Positions 28,656 through 39,627 are shown, counted from the first letter of the stretch. The stretch is DNA of 64,000 nucleotides from an uncultured Bacilli bacterium (GCA_944363635.1 CALVUP010000002.1:21974-85973); one strand, 5' to 3'. Made by a program: numbers and translations. The notes: generated from the letters alone by a model not told the origin.

Positions 28656-29753
28656 ATGAGTTTAACGGCGGGAATTGTAGGGCTTCCAAACGTTGGAAAG
28701 TCTACCTTATTTAATGCAATAACCAAACAAAAAATATTAGCGGCTAACTACCCTTTTGCTACCATTGATCCAAATGTAGGCGTCGTGAGTGTACCGGATG
28801 AGAGAATCGATAAATTAAGTGCTATGTATAATCCAAAACGAACGATTGCTACAAGTTTTGAATTTACCGATATTGCAGGACTTGTTAAAGGTGCTTCTAA
28901 AGGAGAAGGTTTAGGAAATAAGTTTTTATCTCATATCAGAGAGGTAGATGCTATTTGTCATATTGTACGATGCTTTGAGGATCCAAATGTCATTCATGTT
29001 GAAGGAAGTATAGATCCTATTCGTGATATTGAAACAATTAATTTAGAATTAGCAATTGCTGATTTAGAAGTTGTAAATAACCGTTTAGATCGTATTAAGA
29101 AAAAAGCCCAAACCAATCGCGACAAAGAAACTTTAATGGAAGTAACTTGTTTAGAAAAATGCAAAAAATCATTAGAAGGAAACATTCCTCTTAGAACGAT
29201 TGAATTTACAGAGGAAGAACAAGCTCTTATAAAAAGTTATAGTTTTTTAACATTAAAACCAGTGATTTATTTAGCAAACGTAAAAGAAGATGACTTAAAT
29301 AAGAAAAATAAATATGTGCAACTTGTAGAAGAATATGCTAAAAAAGAACATGCCGAAACAATCGAAATTTGTGCTAAAGTTGAAGAAGATTTAATTGATA
29401 TGAGTGAAGAAGAAGCAAAGGAAATGTTAGAAATGATTGGAGTAGAAGAAAGTGGATTGAATCAATTGATAAAGAAAGCTTATTCTTTATTAGGATTAAA
29501 GACCTTCTTCACGGTTGGAAAAGATGAAGTTCGTGCTTGGACTTTTAAAGATGGAATGAATGCGAAACAATGTGCAGGAATTATTCATACTGATTTTGAA
29601 AAAGGATTTATCAGAGCCGAAGTAATGAGTTATGATGATTTAATTCAATATGGAAGTGAATTAAAAGTAAAAGAAGCAGGACATGCAAGGTTAGAAGGCA
29701 AAGATTATTTAATGCAAGATGGTGATATTTGTTATTTTAGATTTAATGTTTAA
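28656..29753 (+). CDS. ychF: ribosome-binding ATPase YchF
   Basis: GIVGLPNVGKSTLFNA, TGS domain, 365 aa. Confidence 0.9.
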   Translation: MSLTAGIVGLPNVGKSTLFNAITKQKILAANYPFATIDPNVGVVSVPDERIDKLSAMYNPKRTIATSFEFTDIAGLVKGASKGEGLGNKFLSHIREVDAICHIVRCFEDPNVIHVEGSIDPIRDIETINLELAIADLEVVNNRLDRIKKKAQTNRDKETLMEVTCLEKCKKSLEGNIPLRTIEFTEEEQALIKSYSFLTLKPVIYLANVKEDDLNKKNKYVQLVEEYAKKEHAETIEICAKVEEDLIDMSEEEAKEMLEMIGVEESGLNQLIKKAYSLLGLKTFFTVGKDEVRAWTFKDGMNAKQCAGIIHTDFEKGFIRAEVMSYDDLIQYGSELKVKEAGHARLEGKDYLMQDGDICYFRFNV

Positions 29754-29780
29754 CATATAATGAATTGTAATAAAATTTTG

Positions 29781-29809
29781 TTTACAAACAAAAAAGATTT
29801 TGTTATAAT
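29781..29809 (+). promoter_or_regulatory. rpsF operon promoter (TTTACA-17 nt-TATAAT)
   Basis: Near-consensus sigma-A elements. Confidence 0.5.
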
Positions 29810-29820
29810 ACTATCGAGTA

Positions 29821-29878
29821 TTTTATTACTCCTTGCTTCTAATGAAAGAAGCCGAAAGTCCAAAAGGAGGTGCAAAGC
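29821..29878 (+). promoter_or_regulatory. rpsF 5' leader with hairpin (possible S6:S18 autoregulatory leader)
   Basis: GCTTCTAATGAAAGAAGC stem-loop between the promoter and the AAGGAGG RBS. Family assignment is inferred from context only. Confidence 0.3.
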
Positions 29879-30169
29879 ATGAGAAAATATGAAATAACGT
29901 TTATTGTAAGACCTGATTTAGAAGAGGCAAATATAACAAAAATTGCAGAAGATTTAAAGAAAGTTTTAACAGACAATGGTGCAAAAATCATTGAAGAAAA
30001 ACCAATGACACAAAGAGAATTGGCTTATGAAATCAAAAAGTTTAAAACTGGATATTATTTCTTTTACAAAATTGAAACATCAAGTAATGACGCTATTAAT
30101 GAATTTAATAGAGTTGTACGCATTAATGAAAACGTTATACGTCATCTAGTTTTAAAAGTAGAAGACTAA
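29879..30169 (+). CDS. rpsF: 30S ribosomal protein S6
   Basis: MRKYEITFIV...; ATG 29879, 9 nt after the AAGGAGG RBS. The track start 29870 is a GTG inside the RBS spacer. Confidence 0.9.
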   Translation: MRKYEITFIVRPDLEEANITKIAEDLKKVLTDNGAKIIEEKPMTQRELAYEIKKFKTGYYFFYKIETSSNDAINEFNRVVRINENVIRHLVLKVED

Positions 30170-30184
30170 GAAAAGAGGTAAACT

Positions 30185-30649
30185 ATGAATAAAGTAATTT
30201 TAATTGGTCGTCTAACTAGAGATCCAGAATTAAGATATACAGGAACGAATACGGCTGTTGCGACATTTTCTTTGGCAGTAAATAGACCATTTACAAATCA
30301 AGCTGGAGAAAGAGAAGCTGATTTTATTAATATTGTTGTTTGGAGAAAACAAGCAGAAAATGTAAAAAACTATTTAAATCAAGGAAGTCAAGTTGCAGTA
30401 GAAGGAAGAATTCAAACAAGAAGTTACGATGGAGAAGATGGTAAAAAACGTTATGTTACAGAAGTTGTTGCAGACAATGTACAATTTTTAGATACAAAAG
30501 CATCACGTGAAAATGCTCAAGCAAATTCAAATCCAACACCTTATGATTTTCCATCTACTAACGAAACGCCAACAACCAACGTAGAAAAAGATCCATTCGC
30601 AGATTTTGGTTCTAATATCGAAATTAATGATGACGAATTACCATTCTAA
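30185..30649 (+). CDS. ssb: single-stranded DNA-binding protein
   Basis: OB fold, acidic tail DDELPF. Confidence 0.95.
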   Translation: MNKVILIGRLTRDPELRYTGTNTAVATFSLAVNRPFTNQAGEREADFINIVVWRKQAENVKNYLNQGSQVAVEGRIQTRSYDGEDGKKRYVTEVVADNVQFLDTKASRENAQANSNPTPYDFPSTNETPTTNVEKDPFADFGSNIEINDDELPF

Positions 30650-30665
30650 AGAAGGAGGATTAACT

Positions 30666-30884
30666 ATGGCAGAAGGATTTTATCGTAGAAAGAAAAAAGT
30701 TTGCTATCTTTGTACAGGCAGAACTTTTACATACAAAGATGTAGACTCTTTAAAAAGATATATAAATGAAAGAGGTAAAATTTTACCAAGAAGAGTTACA
30801 GGTACTTGTCAAAAGCATCAAAGAGAAATTGCTAAAATGATTAAAGAAGCAAGAGCTATTGGCTTATTACCATATACAAAATAA
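30666..30884 (+). CDS. rpsR: 30S ribosomal protein S18
   Basis: [18 protein letters not shown]..., RBS GAAGGAGG. The track ORF is over-extended. Confidence 0.95.
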   Translation: MAEGFYRRKKKVCYLCTGRTFTYKDVDSLKRYINERGKILPRRVTGTCQKHQREIAKMIKEARAIGLLPYTK

Positions 30885-30907
30885 ACACAGTTTATGTGTT
30901 TTTTTTG
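30884..30907 (+). terminator. rho-independent terminator after rpsR
   Basis: AACACA/TGTGTT stem followed by a T9 run. Confidence 0.6.
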
Positions 30908-30982
30908 TGGTGTTTAATGACATTTACATAAATTTATAGTATACTAAAGATACAACAAATTTCTGTATAAGGAGGTTTTGTT

Positions 30983-31423
30983 ATGAAGGTTATTTTTTTA
31001 AAAGATTTAAAAAACCAAGGAAAAAAAGATGAAATTAAAGAAGTAAAAGATGGATATGCTCAAAACTTTTTAATTGCCAAAGGCTATGCAATTAAACTAA
31101 CGGAAGAATCTAAACACGATTTAGATCGAAAGTTAGCAAAAAACAAAGCCTTAGATGAAGAAAATCGCAATCAAGCAAAAAGAATAAAAGAGCAGATTGA
31201 AAAAGAAACATTAAGTTTTAAAGTAAAAGCGGGTACCAATGATAAAGTGTTTGGAAGTATTAGTGCAAAACAAATCAAAGACGCCCTTGCTAAGAAAGGA
31301 TATAGTATAGATAAAAAACAAGTTTTATTAGATCATAATTTAACAACACTAGGATATCACTTTGTTACAATAGAGTTATATAAAGAAATCCGTGCTAAAG
31401 TAAGAATAGAAATAATCAAATAG
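30983..31423 (+). CDS. rplI: 50S ribosomal protein L9
   Basis: 146 aa, [21 protein letters not shown]. Confidence 0.9.
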   Translation: MKVIFLKDLKNQGKKDEIKEVKDGYAQNFLIAKGYAIKLTEESKHDLDRKLAKNKALDEENRNQAKRIKEQIEKETLSFKVKAGTNDKVFGSISAKQIKDALAKKGYSIDKKQVLLDHNLTTLGYHFVTIELYKEIRAKVRIEIIK

Positions 31424-31433
31424 AGGTGAATGT

Positions 31434-32795
31434 ATGGCAGTAAGAGAATTACCTAATAATCTAGAAGCCGAACAAGCTGTATTAGGATCTATGTTTTTAT
31501 CAAAAGCAGCTTTAGAAAAAGCTGTTGAAATATTAAAAGAAACTTCATTTTACTCAGAAAAAAATGGTAAAATCTTTTCTGCGTTAAAATCTTTGGATGA
31601 AAGAAAAATCCCTATTGATATTACAACTTTGACGGAAGAATTAAAAAATAAAAATTTAATTAATGCAATTGGTGGCGTTGAATATTTAACTGAAGTTTTA
31701 GATAGTGTTCCAAATGCTGCTAATATAGACTATTATATTAAAATTATAGAAGATAAAGCCACTTTAAGAGAACTAATTGAACGTGCTACTGAAATAACAA
31801 CCATGGGTTATAATGAAGAAAATTCAGTGAATGAAACGATTGAAGAAGCCGAAAAGAAAATACTTGGTATTATTAAAAATAAAAGATCTACTGAATTTAA
31901 AACAATTCAAGATGTTATGAAAATAACAGAAAAAAACTTAGAGGTTTTATCAGAATCAAAAGGAGAAATTACAGGAATTCCAACAGGTTGGATGGATATT
32001 GATCGAATTACAGCTGGGTTTCATGAAAATGAGTTAATCATCATTGCTGCAAGACCTGCTATGGGAAAAACGGCATTTGCTTTAAATTTAGCAACTTATG
32101 TTGCAACACATACGGATAAGTCCGTTGCATTATTTAACTTGGAAATGGGAGTCGAACAATTAGCGATTCGTATCTTATCTTCTCTAGGACAAATTGATCA
32201 AACCAAATTAAGAACAGGAAATTTACAAAATGAGGATTGGAAAAGAGTAACGGAAGCAATTAGTCAACTTTCTAATGCTAAATTGTACATGGATGATACT
32301 CCAGGAATTACGATTGGAGAAATTCGTGCGAAATGTCGCCGACTTGCAAATAGCGATAAAGGACTTGGTATTGTTATCATCGATTATTTACAATTAATTT
32401 CGACCAATGGTCGCTATGGATCAAATCGACAACAGGAAGTTTCCGATATTTCTAGAGCTTTAAAAACAATGGCTATGGAATTAAAAGTACCAGTAGTCGC
32501 ACTTGCTCAGCTTTCTCGAGCAGTAGAACAAAGAGAAGACAAAAGACCAATTATGTCTGATTTAAGAGAATCAGGTTCTATTGAACAAGATGCAGATATA
32601 GTATCTTTCCTATTTAGAGAGGATTATTATAATAAACAAGCTAGAGATGATTCACAAACAAGTATTAGTGAATTCATTATTGGAAAGCATAGAAATGGAC
32701 CAACTGCAACGGTTGAATTATTATTTAAAAGAAATACTTCTACATTTTTAAACTATATGAAAAATATAGATAATAAAGGAGGAAATAATGAATAA
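31434..32795 (+). CDS. dnaB: replicative DNA helicase (DnaB family)
   Basis: Walker A ARPAMGKTAF, helicase motifs, 453 aa; rplI-helicase synteny. Confidence 0.95.
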   Translation: MAVRELPNNLEAEQAVLGSMFLSKAALEKAVEILKETSFYSEKNGKIFSALKSLDERKIPIDITTLTEELKNKNLINAIGGVEYLTEVLDSVPNAANIDYYIKIIEDKATLRELIERATEITTMGYNEENSVNETIEEAEKKILGIIKNKRSTEFKTIQDVMKITEKNLEVLSESKGEITGIPTGWMDIDRITAGFHENELIIIAARPAMGKTAFALNLATYVATHTDKSVALFNLEMGVEQLAIRILSSLGQIDQTKLRTGNLQNEDWKRVTEAISQLSNAKLYMDDTPGITIGEIRAKCRRLANSDKGLGIVIIDYLQLISTNGRYGSNRQQEVSDISRALKTMAMELKVPVVALAQLSRAVEQREDKRPIMSDLRESGSIEQDADIVSFLFREDYYNKQARDDSQTSISEFIIGKHRNGPTATVELLFKRNTSTFLNYMKNIDNKGGNNE

Positions 32796-34275
32796 AAAGG
32801 TAATGTTTTTTATTGTACTAGGATTAATCATAAGTGGGGCTTTAATTTTCTTGGTTACAAAATATGATTTTCAAAATCCTAAAGAAGTCTATACTGTTTA
32901 TTTAGAAGGTAAAGAATTAGGAAAAATAAATTCGAAAGAAGAACTTGAAAATTATATTGATCAGGAGCAGGAAGATTTAAAAACAGAATATGATGTTGAT
33001 AAAGTATATGCTCCAGAATCATTGGATATCGAAAAAGAAATCACGTATGATCGAAAAATTTCAACAGCGAATGAAATTTATGATGAAATCAAGGATCAAA
33101 CTTCATTTACAATTAATGGTTATGAAATTACAATTCAAGAAGTAGCAGAAAAAACCAGTGATAGTGATCAAAACAATAAAACGGATGAAGAGTTAGGCTC
33201 TCAAACAATCTATGTGATTGATAAGAGTGTTTTTGAAGATGCGGTCGATAATTTTGTTAAGGCATTTGTTAGTGAGGAAGACTATGAAGCTTTTAAAAAC
33301 AACACGCAAAGTGAAATTGAGGAAACAGGATCTCTTATTGAAAATATATATATTGATAATGAAATCACGATCAAGAAAGGAAAAATTCCTGCTGATGAAT
33401 ATATTTATACCGATGTAAATGAATTAAGCAAGTATTTGATTTTTGGTACTTTAGAAGAACAAAAAACATATAAAGTAAAAAAAGGAGAAACGATTGAAGG
33501 CATTTCTTTTGATAATAAAATGTCTGTAGAAGAATTTTTAATTGCCAATCCCGAATTTTCAGATGCAAACAACTTATTATATGAAGGACAGGAAGTAAAA
33601 CTTGGTATTTTAACTCCTCAATTAAGTTTAGTAGAAGAGGATCATGTTGTAGAAGATCAAACAGTAGACTTTAAAACAGAAATAAAATACGATAACAAAA
33701 AATTGGTAGGTACCGTAACTGTTCAACAAGAAGGTGTAGATGGTTTAAACCGTGTTACAAAAAAAGTCAAAAAGGTCAATGGTGAAACGACCAATGTTAT
33801 TGTAACCAATACAGAGGTTTTAAAAGCAACAAGGGAAGAAATCATTATTCGTGGTGGAAATAGTGGAGCCGTTTATGCAAGTGATGAATATTGGATTTGG
33901 CCTACAAAAACACCATATACGATTTCAAGTCCTTTTGGCTATCGATGGGGAACACTTCATGACGGAAGTGATATTATAGGTCCAGGGTATGGATCTCCAA
34001 TTTATGCAGCAAACAATGGAGTTGTAACAGAAGCAGGATATCGTTGGCCAGATGGAGAGCACATTGTGATTAATCATAATAATGGTTATTATACAATATA
34101 TGCACACATGTCAAAACTATATGTAAATGTAGGAGATGTTGTAGAGGCTGGTCAAGTTATTGGAGCAATGGGGCAAACTGGAAATGCTTATGGAACCCAT
34201 TTACATTTTGGAGCATTTAGAGGATATCCATATCGTGGAGGAACAGCCTTTAATGCGATGGAGTTGTATAGGTAA
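32788..34275 (+). CDS. membrane-anchored peptidoglycan hydrolase with LysM, G5 and M23 peptidase domains
   Basis: N-terminal TM. LysM KVKKGETIEGISFDNKMSVEEFLIANP, G5-like segment, M23 motifs HDGSDI and THLHFG. Confidence 0.75.
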   Translation: MNKKVMFFIVLGLIISGALIFLVTKYDFQNPKEVYTVYLEGKELGKINSKEELENYIDQEQEDLKTEYDVDKVYAPESLDIEKEITYDRKISTANEIYDEIKDQTSFTINGYEITIQEVAEKTSDSDQNNKTDEELGSQTIYVIDKSVFEDAVDNFVKAFVSEEDYEAFKNNTQSEIEETGSLIENIYIDNEITIKKGKIPADEYIYTDVNELSKYLIFGTLEEQKTYKVKKGETIEGISFDNKMSVEEFLIANPEFSDANNLLYEGQEVKLGILTPQLSLVEEDHVVEDQTVDFKTEIKYDNKKLVGTVTVQQEGVDGLNRVTKKVKKVNGETTNVIVTNTEVLKATREEIIIRGGNSGAVYASDEYWIWPTKTPYTISSPFGYRWGTLHDGSDIIGPGYGSPIYAANNGVVTEAGYRWPDGEHIVINHNNGYYTIYAHMSKLYVNVGDVVEAGQVIGAMGQTGNAYGTHLHFGAFRGYPYRGGTAFNAMELYR

Positions 34276-34276
34276 T

Positions 34277-35041
34277 ATGCAGATTAAAGTAATAAGAAGC
34301 GGTTCAAAAGAAAATTGTACTTTTATTCAAACAGAAACAACAAGCATTTTGATTGATATTGGATGCAATTTTCTTACTTTAAAAACAGTATTAGAAAGAG
34401 AAAATATAGATATAAATAAAATTGATAGTGTCTTAATTACTCATATTCATAGTGATCATACGAGAGGGTTAAAAACTCTTTTGCATCAATTACCTATGAA
34501 AGTAGTAATTCCTGAAAAAATGACAAGAGAACTGTCTAGATTAATTGATCCAAAATACTTTGAGATTGTAGAAGAAAAGTTTACGATTGGAGATCTTGCT
34601 ATTGAATGGATTCCTACATCCCATGATACAGAAGCATCTGTTGGCTATATTATCAGCTCAAAAGATAAAGAACTCGTCTATATTACAGATACAGGTTATA
34701 TTAATCGAAAGTATTTTCAGAAACTTTCCAATAAAGATTTATATGTAATTGAAAGCAATCATGATGAAGCAATGTTAATGGATGGTCCTTATCCACCTTA
34801 TTTAAAACAAAGGATTCTTAGTGATGAAGGGCATCTTTCGAATGCTACCACCGCTCGATATTTATCAAAATTTATAGGGCCAAAAACAAAAACCATTATT
34901 CTAGCGCACGTTAGTGAAAAGAATAATACTTATGAATTGGTCTATGAAACGATCAAAAATAAATTAGAAAGTGAAAATATAAAGATTGAAAATATACTTG
35001 TCGCTCACCAACAAGAAGAATTGCCATTAATAGAGGTGTAA
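34277..35041 (+). CDS. MBL-fold metallo-hydrolase (YycJ/WalJ-like)
   Basis: HxHxDH motif THIHSDHTRG. ATG 34277 two nt after the upstream stop; the track ORF is over-extended. Confidence 0.7.
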   Translation: MQIKVIRSGSKENCTFIQTETTSILIDIGCNFLTLKTVLERENIDINKIDSVLITHIHSDHTRGLKTLLHQLPMKVVIPEKMTRELSRLIDPKYFEIVEEKFTIGDLAIEWIPTSHDTEASVGYIISSKDKELVYITDTGYINRKYFQKLSNKDLYVIESNHDEAMLMDGPYPPYLKQRILSDEGHLSNATTARYLSKFIGPKTKTIILAHVSEKNNTYELVYETIKNKLESENIKIENILVAHQQEELPLIEV

Positions 35042-35042
35042 T

Positions 35043-35498
35043 ATGATAAAAATCATTTGTGTAGGAAAAATTAAGGAAAAATATATAAAAGAGGCCATAG
35101 AAGATTATGCAGCGAGAATTAAAAAATATACAAATCTTGAAATTATAGAAGTTATGGATGAAAAAATAGAAAACGAAAAAACAACGAAACAAAAAGAAGG
35201 AGCAAAACTACTAAATCATATCAAAGAAAAAGATTATGTGATTGCTTTAGATATTGCCTCTAAAGAATATTCTTCTTTAGAATTTGCCAAAATAATAAAT
35301 GATACGTTTATCATCAATTCAAATATTGTGTTTGTTATTGGTGGTTCTTTAGGATTGGATGAAATGGTTTTAACTCGCGCAAATAAAAAAATATCTTTTT
35401 CAAAACTAACATTCCCCCACCAATTATTTCGCGTTTTACTCTTAGAGCAAATCTACCGATCTTATAAAATAAACAATAATGAAAATTACCATAAATAA
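35043..35498 (+). CDS. rlmH: 23S rRNA (pseudouridine1915-N3)-methyltransferase
   Basis: SPOUT/YbeA family, 151 aa; follows yycJ as in B. subtilis. Confidence 0.85.
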   Translation: MIKIICVGKIKEKYIKEAIEDYAARIKKYTNLEIIEVMDEKIENEKTTKQKEGAKLLNHIKEKDYVIALDIASKEYSSLEFAKIINDTFIINSNIVFVIGGSLGLDEMVLTRANKKISFSKLTFPHQLFRVLLLEQIYRSYKINNNENYHK

Positions 35499-35531
35499 TA
35501 AAAAAGAATACTATATATAAAAGGAGTAAAT

Positions 35532-36953
35532 ATGAAAAGATTAAATGAATTATATAATTGTCCTTATAATATAGAAATCAAAGATGTAAAAATAAATTCA
35601 AAACAAGTGCAACCAGGAGATATTTTTGTTTGCACAATGGGAGTTACAGCTGATCGGCATGATTTTATCGATGAAGCTATAGAAAATGGAGCCTCTGCAA
35701 TTGTTGTAAGCAAAGAAGTAGGTAAAAAGACTGTTCCAGTTATAAAGGTTAAAAATACCAACAAAGAACTTTTTTATATAGCAGGAAAATTATATGATTT
35801 TCCTCAAAAAAAATTAGAAATGATTGGTATAACGGGAACCAATGGAAAAACATCTGTAGCTGAAATTCTATATCAATTAATTGGTGATAAATGTGCTTAT
35901 TTAGGGACCAATGGTAAAAAATATAAGAATCATAGTGAGATGATCAGAAATACAACTCCAGATGTAGATCGCTTATATAAATATTTTAAAGAATATTTAG
36001 ATCATGGTTGTACCAGTGTGGTCATGGAAGCTTCAAGTGAAGCTATGTATTGGCACCGTTTAGACGACATTGCTTATGATATATGCATTCTTACGAATAT
36101 TACAGAGGATCATTTGAATATTCATAAAACATTAGAAAACTATATTGAATGTAAAAGTCGTTTATTTGGTTTGGTTAAAAAAAATGGGTATAGTATTTTA
36201 AATAGTGGAAGCAAATTCTTAGATACAGTATTAAAATACGCAAAAGGAAATATTGTTACTTATGGTTTTAAACCCGAGGATGATCTTTATATTAAAAGTT
36301 ATAAAGAAGGAAAAACATTAGATATTACTTTTATCTATAAACAAAACACTTACTTAGTCAAAAGTCCCCTACTTGGTGCTTTTAATATTTTAAATGTTGC
36401 AGCTGCAATTTTAGCTTGTTTATGTCGAGGAATGCCCATAGAAGAAGTGATAAAAAAGGTGGAAAAATTACATCAGATTGAGGGCAGATTTGAAATTTTA
36501 GATTTTAAACAAGATTATACATTAATATTAGATTATGCCCATACTACGGATGCCTTTCAAAATATATTGCGTTATTTAAATAAAATAAAGAAGAAAAGAA
36601 TTATTACATTAACAGGATCAGCAGGGGGTAGAGAAAAGGAAAAACGCCCAGAAATGGGAAAAACCGTATTGGAAAACTCCGACTTTGTTGTGTTTACAAT
36701 GGATGATCCAAGGTATGAGCGCGTTTCTGATATTATAGATGACTTAGTCAGAACAAGTCATAAAAAAAATTATATACGTATTGAAAACAGATCTAAAGCG
36801 ATTCATTATGCTTTAAATATGGCTCAAAAAGATGATATTGTATTAATTGCTGGTAAGGGAAGAGATAATTATATGGCTGTAGAAGATAAATACCTACCCT
36901 ATAATGATTATGATGAGATTGTAAAGTATTTTAAAGAAAAAAATAATGCTTAG
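35532..36953 (+). CDS. murE: Mur ligase family protein, MurE-like
   Basis: GITGTNGKTS P-loop, Mur ligase middle and C-terminal domains, 473 aa. Substrate specificity cannot be read from sequence. Confidence 0.6.
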   Translation: MKRLNELYNCPYNIEIKDVKINSKQVQPGDIFVCTMGVTADRHDFIDEAIENGASAIVVSKEVGKKTVPVIKVKNTNKELFYIAGKLYDFPQKKLEMIGITGTNGKTSVAEILYQLIGDKCAYLGTNGKKYKNHSEMIRNTTPDVDRLYKYFKEYLDHGCTSVVMEASSEAMYWHRLDDIAYDICILTNITEDHLNIHKTLENYIECKSRLFGLVKKNGYSILNSGSKFLDTVLKYAKGNIVTYGFKPEDDLYIKSYKEGKTLDITFIYKQNTYLVKSPLLGAFNILNVAAAILACLCRGMPIEEVIKKVEKLHQIEGRFEILDFKQDYTLILDYAHTTDAFQNILRYLNKIKKKRIITLTGSAGGREKEKRPEMGKTVLENSDFVVFTMDDPRYERVSDIIDDLVRTSHKKNYIRIENRSKAIHYALNMAQKDDIVLIAGKGRDNYMAVEDKYLPYNDYDEIVKYFKEKNNA

Positions 36954-36961
36954 AATAATTT

Positions 36962-36997
36962 GAATGATTGGAATCAATCATTCTTTTTCTTTTTTTT
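36962..36997 (+). terminator. rho-independent terminator
   Basis: GAATGATTG/CAATCATTC 9-bp stem, GAAT loop, T-rich tail. Confidence 0.7.
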
Positions 36998-37021
36998 GCT
37001 TATAATTAATTAGGTGATTCT

Positions 37022-38281
37022 ATGTTAAGTAAAATCGTTTGGGCAATTGCAACCCCCTTATTATTAATCAGTGGAATATACTTTACTTTTCAATTAAAAG
37101 GAGTACAATTCAATTTAAAAAAAATGATAAAAAGTTTAAAAACAAAAGAGGAAACGACTATATCCCCTATTCAAACTTTGATGTTATCCTCTGCCGCAAA
37201 AATAGGGGTTGGCTCTATTGCGGGAATTGCTTTAGCCTTGTATTTTGGTGGTGAAGGAACTATTTTTTGGTTGTGGATTACTTCTTTTATAACGGCACCA
37301 AATGCCTTTGTGGAAAGTTTATTGGGATCTAAACATAAGGTAAAAGAAAAAGAAATTTATATGGGAGGACCCTCTTATTATATAAAAAACGGTTTAAATA
37401 ATAAAAAACTTAGTTTTATCTATGCTATTTTTATAATTGTTGTTTATATTTTGTGCTTTTCTTCCATTCAAACCAATACGATTGCAACAAGTATTTATCA
37501 TTCATATCATATCAATAAATATGTGATTGCCATTCTTATAACTTTTATAAGTGGAATTGTAATATTTAAAAACATTAAAGATTTAATAAAAATGATTTCT
37601 GCCTTTGTACCAATTATGTGTATCATCTATATTTTTATTGGAATTATTATTATCATTTATAATAAAGACCAATTGCCAAATGTATTTTATCGCATTTTTG
37701 ATGCTGCTTTTAATTTTAAATCCTTTATAAGTGGTTTTTTAACTTCTTTAATTATTGGTATTCAAAGAGGCATTTTTTCCAATGAAGCAGGTATTGGAAC
37801 AGGAGCGATTGCATCAGCCACTTCAGATACAAAAAATTATATAAACCAAGGATATATACAAATTTTAGGAGTCTATTTTACCTCTTTAGTTATTTGTAGT
37901 ATTTCTGCTTTTCTTATTCTTTTATCTCCATATCAAACCCTACACTTTGAGAATGTAAATGGAATTGAAATTTCGCTGTATGCTTTAAAATATCATCTAG
38001 GATCATTTGGGGAATTCTTTTTAATTCTATCTATTTTATTATTTGCCTTTTCCACTATTGTCGCAGGCTATTATTATGGTGAAAGTAGTTTAAGATTTAT
38101 TGATAAAAAAGTATCCAAAGCAAAACTTATTGTATTTAAAATAATAACATTATTTATTTTATTTATTGGAGCGATTATAAAACCAGGTATTTTATGGAAT
38201 ATGAGTGATTTTATCATTGGACTACTTGCGATTATTAATATTTATAGTATATTAAAACTATATAAGAAGAAAAAAATATGA
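37022..38281 (+). CDS. sodium:alanine (AGCS) family symporter
   Basis: Multi-TM protein, 419 aa, N-terminal pattern typical of AlsT-like carriers. Confidence 0.5.
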   Translation: MLSKIVWAIATPLLLISGIYFTFQLKGVQFNLKKMIKSLKTKEETTISPIQTLMLSSAAKIGVGSIAGIALALYFGGEGTIFWLWITSFITAPNAFVESLLGSKHKVKEKEIYMGGPSYYIKNGLNNKKLSFIYAIFIIVVYILCFSSIQTNTIATSIYHSYHINKYVIAILITFISGIVIFKNIKDLIKMISAFVPIMCIIYIFIGIIIIIYNKDQLPNVFYRIFDAAFNFKSFISGFLTSLIIGIQRGIFSNEAGIGTGAIASATSDTKNYINQGYIQILGVYFTSLVICSISAFLILLSPYQTLHFENVNGIEISLYALKYHLGSFGEFFLILSILLFAFSTIVAGYYYGESSLRFIDKKVSKAKLIVFKIITLFILFIGAIIKPGILWNMSDFIIGLLAIINIYSILKLYKKKKI

Positions 38282-38305
38282 TAAAATAAAAATGGATGTG
38301 ATAAA

Positions 38306-38986
38306 ATGATTGGAAATGATTGGGACAGCTTATTAGAAGATGAATTAAATAAGGAGTATTTTCAAAAGCTGATTGACTTTGTAAAAAAAGAATATAAAGA
38401 AAAAACCATTTATCCAAAACAATCGGATATTTTTAATGCTTTTCGTTATACAAGTTATAAAGATGTAAAAGTAGTAATCTTAGGACAAGACCCCTACCAT
38501 GGAGAAAATCAAGCGGAAGGCTTATCTTTTTCTGTAAAAAAAGGAATAAAAAAACCACCTTCTTTAGTAAACATATATAAGGAATTACAAAGTGATTTAA
38601 ATATTCCAATCGAAGAGAATGGTTCATTAGTCAAATGGGCAAATCAAGGAGTTTTATTATTAAATGCCGTTTTAACAGTAGAAAAAGACAAAGCGGCTTC
38701 TCATCAAGGAAAAGGTTGGGAAATCTTTACGGATGAAGTGATTAAATTATTAAATAAAAAAAAGAACCCTATTGTCTTTATTTTATGGGGAAGTTATGCG
38801 AGAAGTAAAAAGAAATATATTACCAATCAAAAGCATTGCATCATTGAATCAGCACACCCATCTCCCCTATCTGCTCATAATGGATTTTTTGGAAGCAAAC
38901 CATTTTCAAAAACCAATGCATTTTTAGAAAAAACGCATCAAAAACCAATTGATTGGTCTTTAAAAGAAAAAAAGAGTTCTTGCTGA
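38306..38986 (+). CDS. ung: uracil-DNA glycosylase
   Basis: GQDPYHG and GLSFSV motifs, family 1 UDG. Confidence 0.9.
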   Translation: MIGNDWDSLLEDELNKEYFQKLIDFVKKEYKEKTIYPKQSDIFNAFRYTSYKDVKVVILGQDPYHGENQAEGLSFSVKKGIKKPPSLVNIYKELQSDLNIPIEENGSLVKWANQGVLLLNAVLTVEKDKAASHQGKGWEIFTDEVIKLLNKKKNPIVFILWGSYARSKKKYITNQKHCIIESAHPSPLSAHNGFFGSKPFSKTNAFLEKTHQKPIDWSLKEKKSSC

Positions 38987-39000
38987 AGTAGTCAAGAAAA

Positions 39001-39034
39001 AGTAGACTAGACTCTTTTTAGTCTGTCTACTTTT
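39001..39034. terminator. bidirectional rho-independent terminator between ung and lemA
   Basis: GTAGAC-AGACT/AGTCT-GTCTAC hairpin flanked by A4 upstream and T4 downstream. Confidence 0.6.
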
Positions 39035-39060
39035 ATCATATCACTTCATGCTAGAACTCT

Positions 39061-39627
39061 TTATTCTTTATTACCCTCTTTTAAAATTTCATAAATTTCT
39101 TCTTTTTCTTTTTCATAAAATTCTTTTCTTTTCAATCGCATAAAAACCCCAACAATATTAGATGGAAAAGAACAAATCAATTTATTATAAATAACAACAT
39201 TATCATTATAAAATCTTTCTCCAGCTTCAATATCCTGACGATTCATAAACAATTCATCTAAAATAACTTTAATATTTTCCTCTTCATATAAATAAACATT
39301 ATTATCCAAAATTTCATTTAAAATTCGAGAAGCAGTTGCTAATTCCTTATTTATTTCAAAATTATTAAGATGATTGTCTTTAATACGAATCATGATATCC
39401 AAAAGTCGATTTTCATCTTTAAATTTTTCCTTTAAAATAGGAATTAAACGTTCAAATAAAGCCATTTTTTCTTTTAAACTTTTACTCACTTTATTTTCAG
39501 CTTCATTAATTCGTATAATTGCAAATTGATATTTGTTATAATAAACAACAAATATCATAAGTAAAATGGCAATCAAAATAATAGCAAGTACAACAATATA
39601 TAGCCACATAGAATCACTTCCTAGCAT
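39061..39627 (-). CDS. LemA family protein
   Basis: N-terminal TM; C-terminal YNDNVVIYNKLICSFPSN matches the LemA YND.V..YN..I..FPSN block. Confidence 0.6.
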   Translation of the reverse strand: MLGSDSMWLYIVVLAIILIAILLMIFVVYYNKYQFAIIRINEAENKVSKSLKEKMALFERLIPILKEKFKDENRLLDIMIRIKDNHLNNFEINKELATASRILNEILDNNVYLYEEENIKVILDELFMNRQDIEAGERFYNDNVVIYNKLICSFPSNIVGVFMRLKRKEFYEKEKEEIYEILKEGNKE

